Source: Trichinella spiralis
Taxonomy: Eukaryota
NCBI RefSeq assembly: GCF_000181795.1
Contig: NW_003526941.1
Span: 7,563,118 to 7,627,117, forward strand
Length of the DNA: 64,000 nt
Reading direction: 5' to 3'
Shown: positions 26,745 through 38,500 of the stretch, in pieces
Layout of the letters: every line of letters begins with the position of its first letter
How positions within the stretch are numbered: the stretch's first letter is position 1
The notes under the pieces: model-generated
The model's input: only the letters and a program-made list of their open reading frames with translations
Databases searched by the model: none
What the model was told of the DNA's origin: nothing
Made by a program: the position numbers and the translations under genes

Positions 26745-29700
26745 GGGCACAAATTTCCCTCCCCAAAAAGGGAAAAGTATTGTTAAATCAGTCGGATTTG
26801 ATCAACACCAACGGCAGCCAAAACAGCCAACCCGTCTGCAGTGGATAAATGATAATACAGTGTGCATTTCAATATTTCGACCAAATGGTCACTAATTGCC
26901 GGTCTGCATGCTTTGTCCATATCGACGGGAGTTGATTGATTCGAGCCGTTATTGACACAACGATTAACACATCGGTGTTTTGTTTAATCATTTTTCTTTG
27001 TTTCACTGCATTTTCAAGCATGTTCTGTATCTAAAGTTAATGCATTTCGAACATTGATGTTTTTTTCTTTACTTTTTGTTAATTGGTGGAAGAGATTAGG
27101 TAAAAATTTTCAACTTATAAAAAAGGAAAAATATATTGATGAACATGCATATATATATATATATATATTTCTTTTCTGCATTTTTTTGCAATAAGAAAAA
27201 ATGAGAATAAGCAATTTGATGGAGAGGTGTCTTTTGTAATTTTTTTGAGATGTTCATTTGAATTGTACATATGATAATTTGTGATAAAATCAAAGGAGTG
27301 CTTGCTATTTTCTTTTATTACGCGCAGTTGGTGTCGATTTGAATGGTCGGTGAATTGTGAGCTGCAATCCAGGAAGAAAGTAGAACATTGAATCAGTTCG
27401 TATAATTTTTTGGGTATTCATAGAATAAATAGTGTAATAATAGTCAAGGCAAAAAGTTATCAAATGATTGATGCAAATGCTAATGTCAGCGCATTCTAAA
27501 GTGAGTATATAATTGGTAGAAGGTTTTGAAATATTTGAGAAATTTCAATAAAACTTAAGCAAACTGTTCAGTGCGAAAATTATAATTTTCTACTTGATAC
27601 AATATGCACTTAAGAATGAAATACATTACAGATTTTAAAGATATTGTCTGCAGTTTCAATCAAAGTGATCGTATGTCTAACTGAAAAGTTGATCATTGAA
27701 TAAATGAGTTAGATGTACCTGCCTATCTTTATATTTTTTTACAAGGTGAAATTTCTATGTATTGATTTATTCCCAACAGTGCACGAATGCTTAATATTTA
27801 TTGTTTAATGTGATGCATTTATTTCAAATATTTATTATTAAAACATACCACGTATAACAGCTCACCAGTTTAGCGGTATTTTATGCATTCCTGATTCTGC
27901 AGTAAGAGAACATTTTAATTTTGCATAAAAATGAATATGATTTAATTATCCTATTGTTGTATGTATAATATATAAAGAATTTATTGTATTGTTCACCTTA
28001 TATTGTTGCATTTAAACATTGCATTTCAATATTTTAAAATTACATGCAATAGATGTATAATAACAGAGGACATAATTGAACATGAGCATAATTTGGATGG
28101 AGCTGATTTTTATGAAATAATAATAAATGGTGTAAATGGGAAATGCATTTGTAAAAATAAAAATACACCATCTGGTGTTGAGTGATGAATTTCCATTTCG
28201 CTGTGATTGATCTTCGCATCGTCTGCTGTTTTGCTTTATTGTGCACAATTTCAGTTGTCGATGTTGCAATTACCATTACCGAAGCTTGGGGCTTTGTTCC
28301 TTTTAACTGGTCGGCTTTTTCAATTGTTGGTTCGAATTTGCAAATCTCTGCTTTTAATCAATCCTGAGAGACAAAAGTTTCAACGCTGATGAGTCGAGTG
28401 TATTTGTTAGTAGATTACAATCAAAGTGCAAATCAATAATCCCTGCCGTCTAAAAATGAAATTGAACAGGTCGTCACTAGCACAATCGACAAATAAATCT
28501 ATCAAACTGTTGTTGTTCTTGTTAAACGATCTGCTGTTGCTATATTTTTTTCATTTCATTCCATATTTCAATATTGCTTGTGCAATTATTATTATTATTA
28601 TTATTAGTGGTGAATGGGAAATTTTTTCATTTCAACTTCCATGTTCTTTGGTAGATTTGGTATTCTCTCGAAGACATAACACAGTTGAGCAATCTTTAAA
28701 GTTTGTTTATTTTTTTGAATTTTTTTATTGACACCTATTACGTAATGCTCATACTTGGCACAACCTGATACTTGACGGTTTTGAACAAATTATTCACTAT
28801 TCAAACTGATTTTTTAATTCAATTTCAACAAAATACCTTATAAAGTTATTTGTGATTTCTTTTATTTCTAATTGTTGGCGTGAAAGGAAGTTTGTCATTT
28901 TTTCACCCGAATTTTAATAAACGTAGGATAGTAATTTTTTAAATTGAGCTCTCTTTTTATCTTAGAGTAATTTAATTTCTGATTTTTGTCTTTTAATTTC
29001 CTTTCATTGATCTCATGAATTAGTTAGGTGTAAGAAAGCGTTTTTTTTACTTTAATGCATACATCGCGTGATTATGGGAGAAAATGATGTAAAATGAGTT
29101 GTTGTTGGCATCTTTTTCGTAGGTTGAAATGCATTTAAGAAGAAAAGCAACAGCTTTGGATTAGGGGAGTGGTCGATAAAATAATTCGACCATGCTCACG
29201 TGTTAATAATGTTCATCAGAAATTTTGCTTTATTATAAAAGCTAAGAACAGAATTGGCTTCATATGCAGCTGGCGTTTGTGATTCAGTTGATGACGTTGA
29301 ATATGATGATTTTAACCTTTTTAATATATTGGAACCTTGACTCACGTGTTGATTAGCTTCGCTATAAAACCTAGTCTGATCGTAACCTTGATAAATATAG
29401 GCTAGCTTCTTGGTTTCATTTGTGTAATTTTCTATAAAGACGTTGCTTTCAACGTGTAGATCCATCTACGAAGGGAATCAGCTTCGCTCTAATTGAAGTG
29501 ATTATTTTCAGCAAGTTTGACTAGTCTTGGTTAGCTTCAAAGCCGGTAATTGATGATGACTAATTTTTGCACTTTGCATTGCAATTCAGTTAAGCACAAA
29601 GAAACAAACGCACAATTGCTTTAGCAACAATTGGACGTGATCATTTTTTAAGTGCTAATTTGTTTGGGTCTTTTCATTTGTGATTTATTTGATCAAAAAT

Positions 29701-32700
29701 CATCAGTTTGCCTGAGTATAACAGCATATGGAATGATATTTGTTGTTTATTAATATGTTGCTTTTTTAATTTTAATTAGTTCAGTGGAAAATGATACAGC
29801 AGATTGTAAATTCATTGTTATTAATAAATTTGTTGTGTTTTGTTTTATTCATTTCAACTTTTTATTATAAATGTAACCTTGAAATATTAAAAGGAAAGAG
29901 AAATATCAAATTGAATTTAATGAAAATAAGATGAGCTATTATTATTTTTTTTGAATAGTACTTGTTGCATGTATTTATTAATTCTATTTTATTTCATTCG
30001 TTTCCATCCATAAGAAAAAGAAAATCAATATGAACGAAAGGATTGACGTTAAGCCGTTATTAAAAGCCGTTGGGAAGTAATGATCCGTTTCAGCATTTTC
30101 TTTATCAGGAAGGTTTTCATTTTTACTAATCTGACAAATTTGTCAAATTTTTTTTTGAGCTTTCATTTAAAATTTTCATATCAAATTTATGTACTGTTTG
30201 AGCAGCATATCTGTTTATCAGTATTTCATTGATTTAGTGAAATTTGCAATTTTAATTTGATACGAGTTGAGGCTGTTGCAGAACTTTTTCCGGGGTTATA
30301 AATTTGTTTTGGAGAACTGTATCGCCAATTTAAATATTGTCATGATTTTTATGAGCTATCCTGCTGTTAGGTCACTGTCAAGTACTGAAAATTGAAAGTT
30401 ATATGTGTTCTACAATATCAGCATGTGATAAGGATTTTTAAACACAACAACTTCTTGCTGTGAGTTTTGCACTTTTGAAGTCTTTGAAAAATTACGACAG
30501 ACAGACACCACCATAGTATTGGATAGGTAAATTGAAAAAAGCAACTGTTCTTCTTCCATCTGTGGCAACATACGATTAAAATGTGGGTGCGGTTTGAAGG
30601 GTAGGGGTTGAGTGAGTGAGAGAGAGAGAGGGGTAACAAAATTCAAATTTCTTGCATAGCTGTGCATTAAGATGATGAGAGGACCAGATTGGACAGAAAA
30701 TGCTTGTGCTTGTCAGCTATATGTATAAGCTTGGAGGAGAGAAAAAATATTTGCAAGCATTTTATTTGAAGATTTCGTTGTAGCAATTAAGGACGGGAAG
30801 TTGAAAAGCTTGAACTAGTTTAGCCACCTGCTTGATCAGTTTTACGACCCGGCAAAGCTGCATGAAAAAGAAGCCATAAATTCTGAATTCGAGCAGTCGG
30901 GATTGTTTCAAATGCCGCAAGGCGGAAAGATTGTCAAGGAAGATTGTTTCAGTTCAAGTTCAACCATTCGTCTCTTTCTTATTTTCTTTTGATCTTCATC
31001 CGTTTAATTGATGCGCTTGCATAAAATTGTCTCCCCTCCAGTAGCATGTATATGTATATATATATATACCTTGTGCACTTTTCAATTGTTGCTCCTCTTT
31101 GACAAAAGGCGAATAATTTTAATTTCTATGATCACTGGAGGATGTCAAATTTGGCTTAATTTTCAGCTAAAATAGATTCTCAACCCTCTGAGGAATCCCC
31201 TGACTGAAAGTGCAGGCTGTCTAGTGAACTTTGTGTAGCAGATTTTCAAGAGAACAAAATCCCCCGGCGTGGTTTCTGTGCTTGATTCTTCTTGTGTTTG
31301 CAAACAATTTATGACCAATTTTCTATCAACAGTTACTTTGCCATTGCATTTGGCTAAGTTTGCTTTTATTATATTTTATTTATTTTTATTGTAATTAAAA
31401 TTTAACATTCTAGTGATGGTGATTGAATTTGACGTGGTGAAACTTTTTGTGCAACTAAATGTGCAATAAATGTTACTTATTAGGAATGATTAATTGCTTC
31501 TTTTGAGTAATTTATTGTAAGAAATTTTTTGCTGCACAGATTATCTAGCTTTTTAATTTATTGAATTTTTCAAACTGTTACTGCTGTCACCGTCTGAAAA
31601 AGGTATTTCTTCTTTTTGATTTGATGTTGTTATACTTTTTTTCACTTTTTGTACAACATTCAGAAGTTTCTTATTTTTTACTGTCCATTATTGTAGCCAA
31701 TTGTATGTTAAGTTACAAGTATTAATGGCATTTAAATAAGTAAATTAACTTTTTTTTATTTTTGAACTAATTGATTGTTCTTGTGGAATACAAGATACAA
31801 AATTATCACAAATGATGAGATGATGCTTTGCTGATTTGGTGGTTGGCTGTGATACATTGAAGTTGATATTTTGTATATTGTTGATTTGATTTTTTTTAGG
31901 TAGATTATTTTTATAATTTGTATTGTGCACGTTTTTAGATGAGTACATTAAGAATGCAGGTGCTTGGTTTGTCTTCTTCCTAGGTAACGACGCATTTAGC
32001 CGTTTCTCATTGATAATCAGTGATGACATTTGTTTGCTAAAATTTGCTCAGTGTAATTGAATAATACATTTTTCAGCAAATTTGTTTACTTAGGTTGAAT
32101 TCAGTTCTGAGCTTTTGTTAAATTTGCTTACATTTCTTTTTTGCAAGTTTTTCCAATTTGCATTGAGAAGTGTTGAAAAAAGTCTTGGAAAGTTTTGCAA
32201 AATTGTCAATATAGAGCTTACTTGACATGTGCCAGGAAATTGATTGGCATTATAAGGAAAGCTGCTGCGCTTTTGCTACCTGTGTTTTCTGTCGAATTAG
32301 CCTTGTGAAAGGAAAATGTGTGCGTATCTGTGTTTGTGTGTGCTTATTAACAGCGCTTATTTTTGACACAGGTGCCATAATTGCCAAGTATGAATTTGAA
32401 AGTTTTTATTGTTTTCTATTATGCCCTCATATAAGCTATACATAATTGTTCAGTGTGACAAAATTCTTCAATTACACATTGTTACAAGTATGTTTTCAGC
32501 AGCACGTAAGCGTGAAATGATGATATTGTATTCAGCGTGCTTGGACGAATGGATAATATGTATAATCGAATAAGCGAATGGGCACTAAGTGGGTTTTCTA
32601 ATGGGTCAAGTGGTTCTCTTATTGCACTTTTTTATGCTGAAACTGGTAGGTCGAAAAACATAGTAGGACAATTTTTTGTCAGTTTTATTTCATCCAACAA

Positions 32701-34000
32701 ATCTGCTTCCTTTTTATTTGGTGTAAGCGAATGCTATTTGTGTTTTTTTATTTGTTTGCCTTCATTGTTTTAATGTTTACTTTTTTATTTTAATTTATTG
32801 CATTTAACTTCAACTTTTTAATGATAATTATATTTATTTTGTTTGCGTTGAATTGCGTTTTCGTCTCAGTGCGTAAGATGTGTAATTCACGTTGCTTAGA
32901 GTACGCTTATAAATTTATTCCATTCTTCAGGCAGCGCAAAAATTCTGCCAATCTTTTCTCTTCTCGTCGATTCATTCATTAGCCAGCCGATATTATCTAG
33001 CACTGAATGCTTGTTTTCGTTCGAATTAGTTTCAGTGATTTGTTGCTGTTTTGTGCAAAATGACGAAATTCTGCTATGGAGGATATCTCATACAAATTTG
33101 CAATTATTAAAAAAATTTATTTCATTGTAAAATAATTTTCAGAGAATTTTGTTTATTGAGAACAATTGCGGTGAACATGAGAAAATGTTGTAGTAATAGT
33201 CTTTTTGCAAAACTATTGCAAATCGTCTTCAAATGGAGCTCTTTATCTCAGTAGGTCAATGGATCAACAGCATCATCTCTCGCATGTTTTTAACATGTTT
33301 GGACGTGAAATATTTAATGTCAGATTTGATGACCAGTTGGTTCGGTTTTAGTCGTTATAATTTTATATACTACCCATTCCATTTGGCATTTGGCCCGTGT
33401 GCACGTACATTTGTGCATATGCCATGTGAAAATTGAGAAGGTAACGAACTGTGATTGATTATCCATTATCCTCCACGATGATGCGCTTTTTCTTCGACTA
33501 CGTGTGTTTTGTGTCTAGTTTTTTATGCATATTTTTCTATTCGACTTTTATAATAATGTATTTATTTCTACTATCTGCGACAGAGGTGATTGATATTTGA
33601 CGCATATCGAGGTTATGCAAGAGAATTGGAATTTCGCTGAAATTGTTATGCTTTATTCAAAGTGCAGGCCTGTTTTGAAAATGTTGAACATTGATTAATT
33701 ACAATTGCTAATTTACTGCTTAATTAAGAAGCAAATATAACTAATAAAATGAGAGAAAGCACTCTTTGAATGAGCATAGCATTATGTTTTTACTTTGCAC
33801 TTGTCACTTAATTGTCACTTTGTTCATTATTTCATTAGCAAATGGTACATATTCTTTCGTATACATATATATGTATATAATTTGGAAAGCTTATTTATTA
33901 ATGTTTTGCTTTTTGAAGTTATTGTGTATTGCGTTGCATTCATTCAGAAGTGGCTTTATTTAATTCATTTCACTTCAAATACATTTATTGAAGGAAATCA

Positions 34001-34032
34001 GTATGTATGTATGTATGTATGTATGTATGTAT
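34001..34032. repeat. (GTAT)8 microsatellite
   Basis: Direct reading. Confidence 0.9.
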
Positions 34033-34313
34033 TCAAGAAATTAATAAGGAACATTTGTGGGTTAAATTTCGACGTCGTTTGATAAGTTTGAAAATATAAC
34101 TCAGACGTTCGATGGCAGCACTTTAGTCAACTTTAAATTTATCTATTTTTCAATTTATACATTTAGTGCAAGATTATCATCGCTTTATTTTTGTTTACTT
34201 CAAAAAAAGCTAAAAAGTAAGCATGTTTACTTTTTAAAAGCAAATTTGTTCTTGCATTGCCGAAGGTCAACTAACTCTCGCACAGTTTTTATTTCCAAGC
34301 AACAGTTCTATAT

Positions 34314-34370
34314 ATTAAGCCATCTTTATCTAGCATTGTACTTTTCGTTGACGCGTGTTATTTCTGTTCC
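34314..34370 (+). repeat. Copy A of a dispersed ~55-bp direct repeat upstream of TRIM9
   Basis: ATTAAGCCATCTTTATCTAGCATTGTACTTTTCGTTGACGCGTGTTATTTCTGTTCC matches 35251-35305 with one 2-nt indel and 4 substitutions. Confidence 0.85.
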
Positions 34371-35224
34371 TGACAACCGATTTTCAGTCGATACTTTAGC
34401 ATATCTTTTTTGAACTGAAATTTTAATATGTTAATCTGCTGTTTAGTTTTGGTGAACGTGTTTTATTGGTTTTCTGTTTGTTTTATTGTACAGTTTTGTT
34501 ATCATCTTTTTTCCAAAAAGAAACTTTCAGCTTTTTTTTGCATCAAGTATGAAGCTGATGATAAAATCACTGTTTAATGTGTTTTGTTTTAGAACAGAGA
34601 TTGTAAATGGCATAAGGTTCAGCGGAGTCAGTTTTCGTGAAATTATTATTGCATTGTTTTATCTAGCTATTGCTATAGATCATATTGCATGTCATGCTCG
34701 ATTAAGTATGACATGTATATATTTCTAGAACGAATGGATCATTTTAATGATAATAATATTTCACTGAAAGAGGGAGTTGAGGAAAGGGAAAGGAAATTTT
34801 TTTTACAAAACTTCAATGTTGTATTTAATTCATAGATGTAAGTTGAACTGAGAACTCTCTCACCACTATGCACTATACTATACTACACTATGCAGCAGTA
34901 TTGTTTGCTTGCAGTAATTGCTTTTGGCATTTTTATTGCACTTTTAAAATCGTATTATCCTTTTTTCTATGATAGAATTAACATTTTCGAGTATATCTTT
35001 ATTCTTTCCTTTTTTTTAAACATTTATATACATTCTTTTTTTGGTCACGAGCTGCAAATATTGAGCATTGGCAAACAGATAAAGTGCACTTGGCTAATTT
35101 GCCGACGAACGGTCGCCTTTCAGAAAACAGCTTGACCAAGTTCGGGGTGATGATGACCCCTGACAGCGACGCTTGTAATCTAACAAAGCGTGACATTAAT
35201 CGCCCTGATGGCGACAGTATGGCG

Positions 35225-35238
35225 CCGTTAGATGGCGC
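35225..35238 (+). promoter_or_regulatory. CTCF-like motif (CCGTTAGATGGCGC) ~340 bp upstream of the TRIM9 ATG
   Basis: Close match to the CTCF consensus CC(A/G)(C/G)(C/T)AG(A/G)(G/T)GGC(A/G)(C/G). The core AG(A/G)TGGCGC recurs at 38170-38178 (+) and 6220-6228 (-). Confidence 0.35.
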
Positions 35239-35250
35239 TGTGATCGTTCG

Positions 35251-35305
35251 ATTAAGCCATCTATCTAGCATTGCGCTTTTAGTTGACGCGTTTTATTTCT
35301 GTTCC
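35251..35305 (+). repeat. Copy B of the dispersed ~55-bp direct repeat
   Basis: ATTAAGCCATCTATCTAGCATTGCGCTTTTAGTTGACGCGTTTTATTTCTGTTCC; see 34314-34370. Confidence 0.85.
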
Positions 35306-35356
35306 AACTGCCGCTGCCGATAGGTGGAAGCGTTATTATTGTTATTATTATTAATA

Positions 35357-35381
35357 TTGTTGTTGTTGTTGTTGTTGTTGT
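35357..35381. repeat. (TTG)8 microsatellite upstream of TRIM9
   Basis: Direct reading. Confidence 0.9.
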
Positions 35382-35577
35382 CAACTTTTAGTTGATTGAG
35401 TGCGTTTTGATTTTTGGAGATTTTTATTTCATTTTCAGAGTCGACGATTTTACGACATTATCTGTTCGCCAAGAGCTTTTGACAACAGAGATACTAGGAA
35501 AGGAAAAGGAGGAAAAGGCGAAATAATTGGGAAATACGAAAAGAAGAAGAAGAAGAAGAGGATAAAGAGGATCCGGA

Positions 35578-38500
35578 ATGGAAGAAGAACTACGGTGCCC
35601 TGTGTGCAAGGTGTTTTTCGTGAATCCGGTACTGCTCCCTTGCAGTCATTCGTTGTGTCTGAGCTGTGCGTTGAGTGTGCAGACGTCGACGAGAACCAAC
35701 CGTGTGGAGCAGTCGAATTCAATACTGACCACTGTTCACCACAACATCCATGGTCAGTCTTCAACAGTGTGCTTGTCCAGTCCGGACAGCGGCTCGATCA
35801 GCAGTGGAGATGCGGCTAGTGTGTTTGCGGCCAGCGAACCGGACAGCGTGTTCGAAGAGTGCGACCGAAGCTCACTGGCTTCATCCGAAACCACCGACTC
35901 TGGTGTAATGTTGTGCATCAACAGTCGACCGAGCAGTCTACTGGGCGGCTACACACTGATTTGTCCGGCTTGTCAGAAGAACAGCTGGTTGGGCGACGAG
36001 GGTGCCCAAGCCTTGCCCAGAAACCGCGCCCTCTCCAACGTTGTACTGCGTTATTGTTCCCGTACGACGGTCGCTGATCTCCGCGCACCGCCACCACCAG
36101 TCGGTGGTTTCACTTGCCAGCTTTGCGAACAGCAACCGTCGAAATTAGCCACCGTCCGTTGTGAACAGTGTTCAATTTCCTACTGTCAGCAGTGCTTACG
36201 TGACTGTCATCCGGCCAGGGGCCCACTGGCGAAGCATCAGCTTACCCCGTTGACGACGGCCGTTTCGAAAATTTTACCCACGGCTACGAGCACAACAGCC
36301 GATATCCGATGTTCTGAACACAGCACACAGTCGGTATCGCTTTACTGCATGTCGTGCAAAATTGCATTATGCACTGCCTGCGTGAAGCATCCAGAAGAAG
36401 ATCCACGTCACGCCGGTCACGATCTCCAACCTCTCGCCACCGTCTGCAAAATTCAGAAGGTAAGTAATAAAATAGAAATTTTTTTCTCCTCTTCAACTGA
36501 AATCATAATCCATTTTCTTTGCATAATCTCGTGTCAGTTGGATTGTTAATTATTCATTCATTCGACGATGTCGATGATAATATATTACACTCGCTGTGTT
36601 TTATCAGCATCATTTGAGTTTTTCCTTTCTGTGCCAGACGCGGACAAGAACATATAAATAAGACGACGGCTATAAGCAAGAATAATAATAAGAATAATCG
36701 TTGTTCTTGTTGTTTTTTCTGTAATTTTTTTTCGAATATAAGGAATTAAGAAGAATAATAATTCATATTATATTACAACTTAATGTTAAAGTAGTTGTTT
36801 GTTTGTTTGTTTTCGTCCATTGTTGCTTTTCAGCAGGGAGATGATCCTTACACTGAGATTGTGATTGTTGTTGCATTACACTTGAAAGTCCCAACTAGTC
36901 AATAACGAGCCATTTTAATCAGCCATCAGTGTGCCGGGGTCGAAGATGAAAAAGGAAAGCGTGTGAATTTTTCAAGTGAGGATAAGCAAGCTTTGACCCA
37001 GATTATGTATGATTAGTCAGTTAGCTGGGTTAGATTGTTAATTGCAGCGGTCAGTCAATCAAAGGGAAATGCGCTGCACCTCCTGCGGAAGCGTTTCGCC
37101 TCTTTGTCATTAGCTGCCTGTTGTTGGCGTGAGAATTTATATATATGCTCAACTATGAGTTGGATAGATGCAGAGCGCATCATCTGATTTTGTTTTACTT
37201 GCACTAAGCTCATTCACCCTTCTCTTTGCATGTGTATTCTTCTTCTTGAACTTAATTTATTCGCATTACCTCATCCATGTTTGATAACACGATAAAAAGA
37301 AATCTTTTATGTTTTTGATTTTCATTGTTTCTTCAAATTGAGGCAGCTATTTATTTTAAAATGCTTAAATTTATTGCTTAATGACAATAGAACGAGAGAA
37401 AATCAAACGATAAATGACCAGTTCCATGAATTTATTCATTTACTCATTGATTAGCATTATCTTATGTTTGACTTTTAAATTTTAATGCAAATTAAATTTA
37501 ACACCATATAAATCATACATATATACATTGAGAGAGTGAGAGAAGCATTTGGAATTGGAAGCCACATGTCAAATGGAAAACATTTGATTGCAAGATAGAG
37601 AGATAGTTAAACTGCTGTTTGACCTCATCGTTATAACACAGTTAGTTCTAAGCATGTTTTTAGCCTCTTCAAATATTAATTAAACGGGGCAAGTATTGCG
37701 GTTGCAGTTGATTGCATTGTTAGCAAGTTTGCCGTTTCATTGATATGAACTGATGAATTGGAAATTCGCACGCGAATTGTAGGTGTGAAAAATTAACTTT
37801 GCATCAGTATTCATCAAGTGGCCCAGAAGGTAGTGTGTGAGCAATTTGACGTAATTGTTTGTCAGCCAAGAAGCGCCTGCTGTTAGCCCTCATTTCTCAG
37901 TGGATAGAGATTGACTGGCGGGCATTTTTCAAAAATATGAAAATGTCAGTGTTTAACACTGATAACACCTTCTTATAGCTTAGATACGATATACTTCGAT
38001 GTGGAAATGTTTTTGCTATTATTACTGCTCATATATGCTCAAACATTATTTAAAAAAACACACGCTTCAGTGTGCTAATTTGTCTGATTGGAATGGATGA
38101 TGGATGATTGATAGCACGAGACTTTGAGATGTTGTAAATGAAGCGTGAGGTCGTATTAGTTGGGCAATTAGATGGCGCCGAACCCCTGCTGCCTGATAGA
38201 TAGGTGTGATGAAGTCCACGTGGATACCGGCCTGGTCGGGTCGCTTTCCTGTCGTGCAGGTGCCAATTGCCGGCGTAACAGGCAGCGTGCCTCTGACCTA
38301 CCGGTCAATGTTATTGCCATCGAGCTTAGTTAGGCAGATGGTGACCGACGGTGAACAGCGAATGGCATCGGTCCCTGAAGAGAGCTGGCGACTTGTAGTC
38401 GCCGTCATTGATCGACCGGTCAATCGTCAATTTTAATCGAAACACTCGGTTTTTGTCTCACGAGTTCTGTATGACAGAAGTGATCACGTTTGATCCATCT

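Noticed and set aside
35400..36496. Several ORFs overlapping TRIM9 exon 1 and its leader
   Set aside because: Explained by the GC-rich TRIM9 exon and a purine-rich (GAA)n 5' leader.
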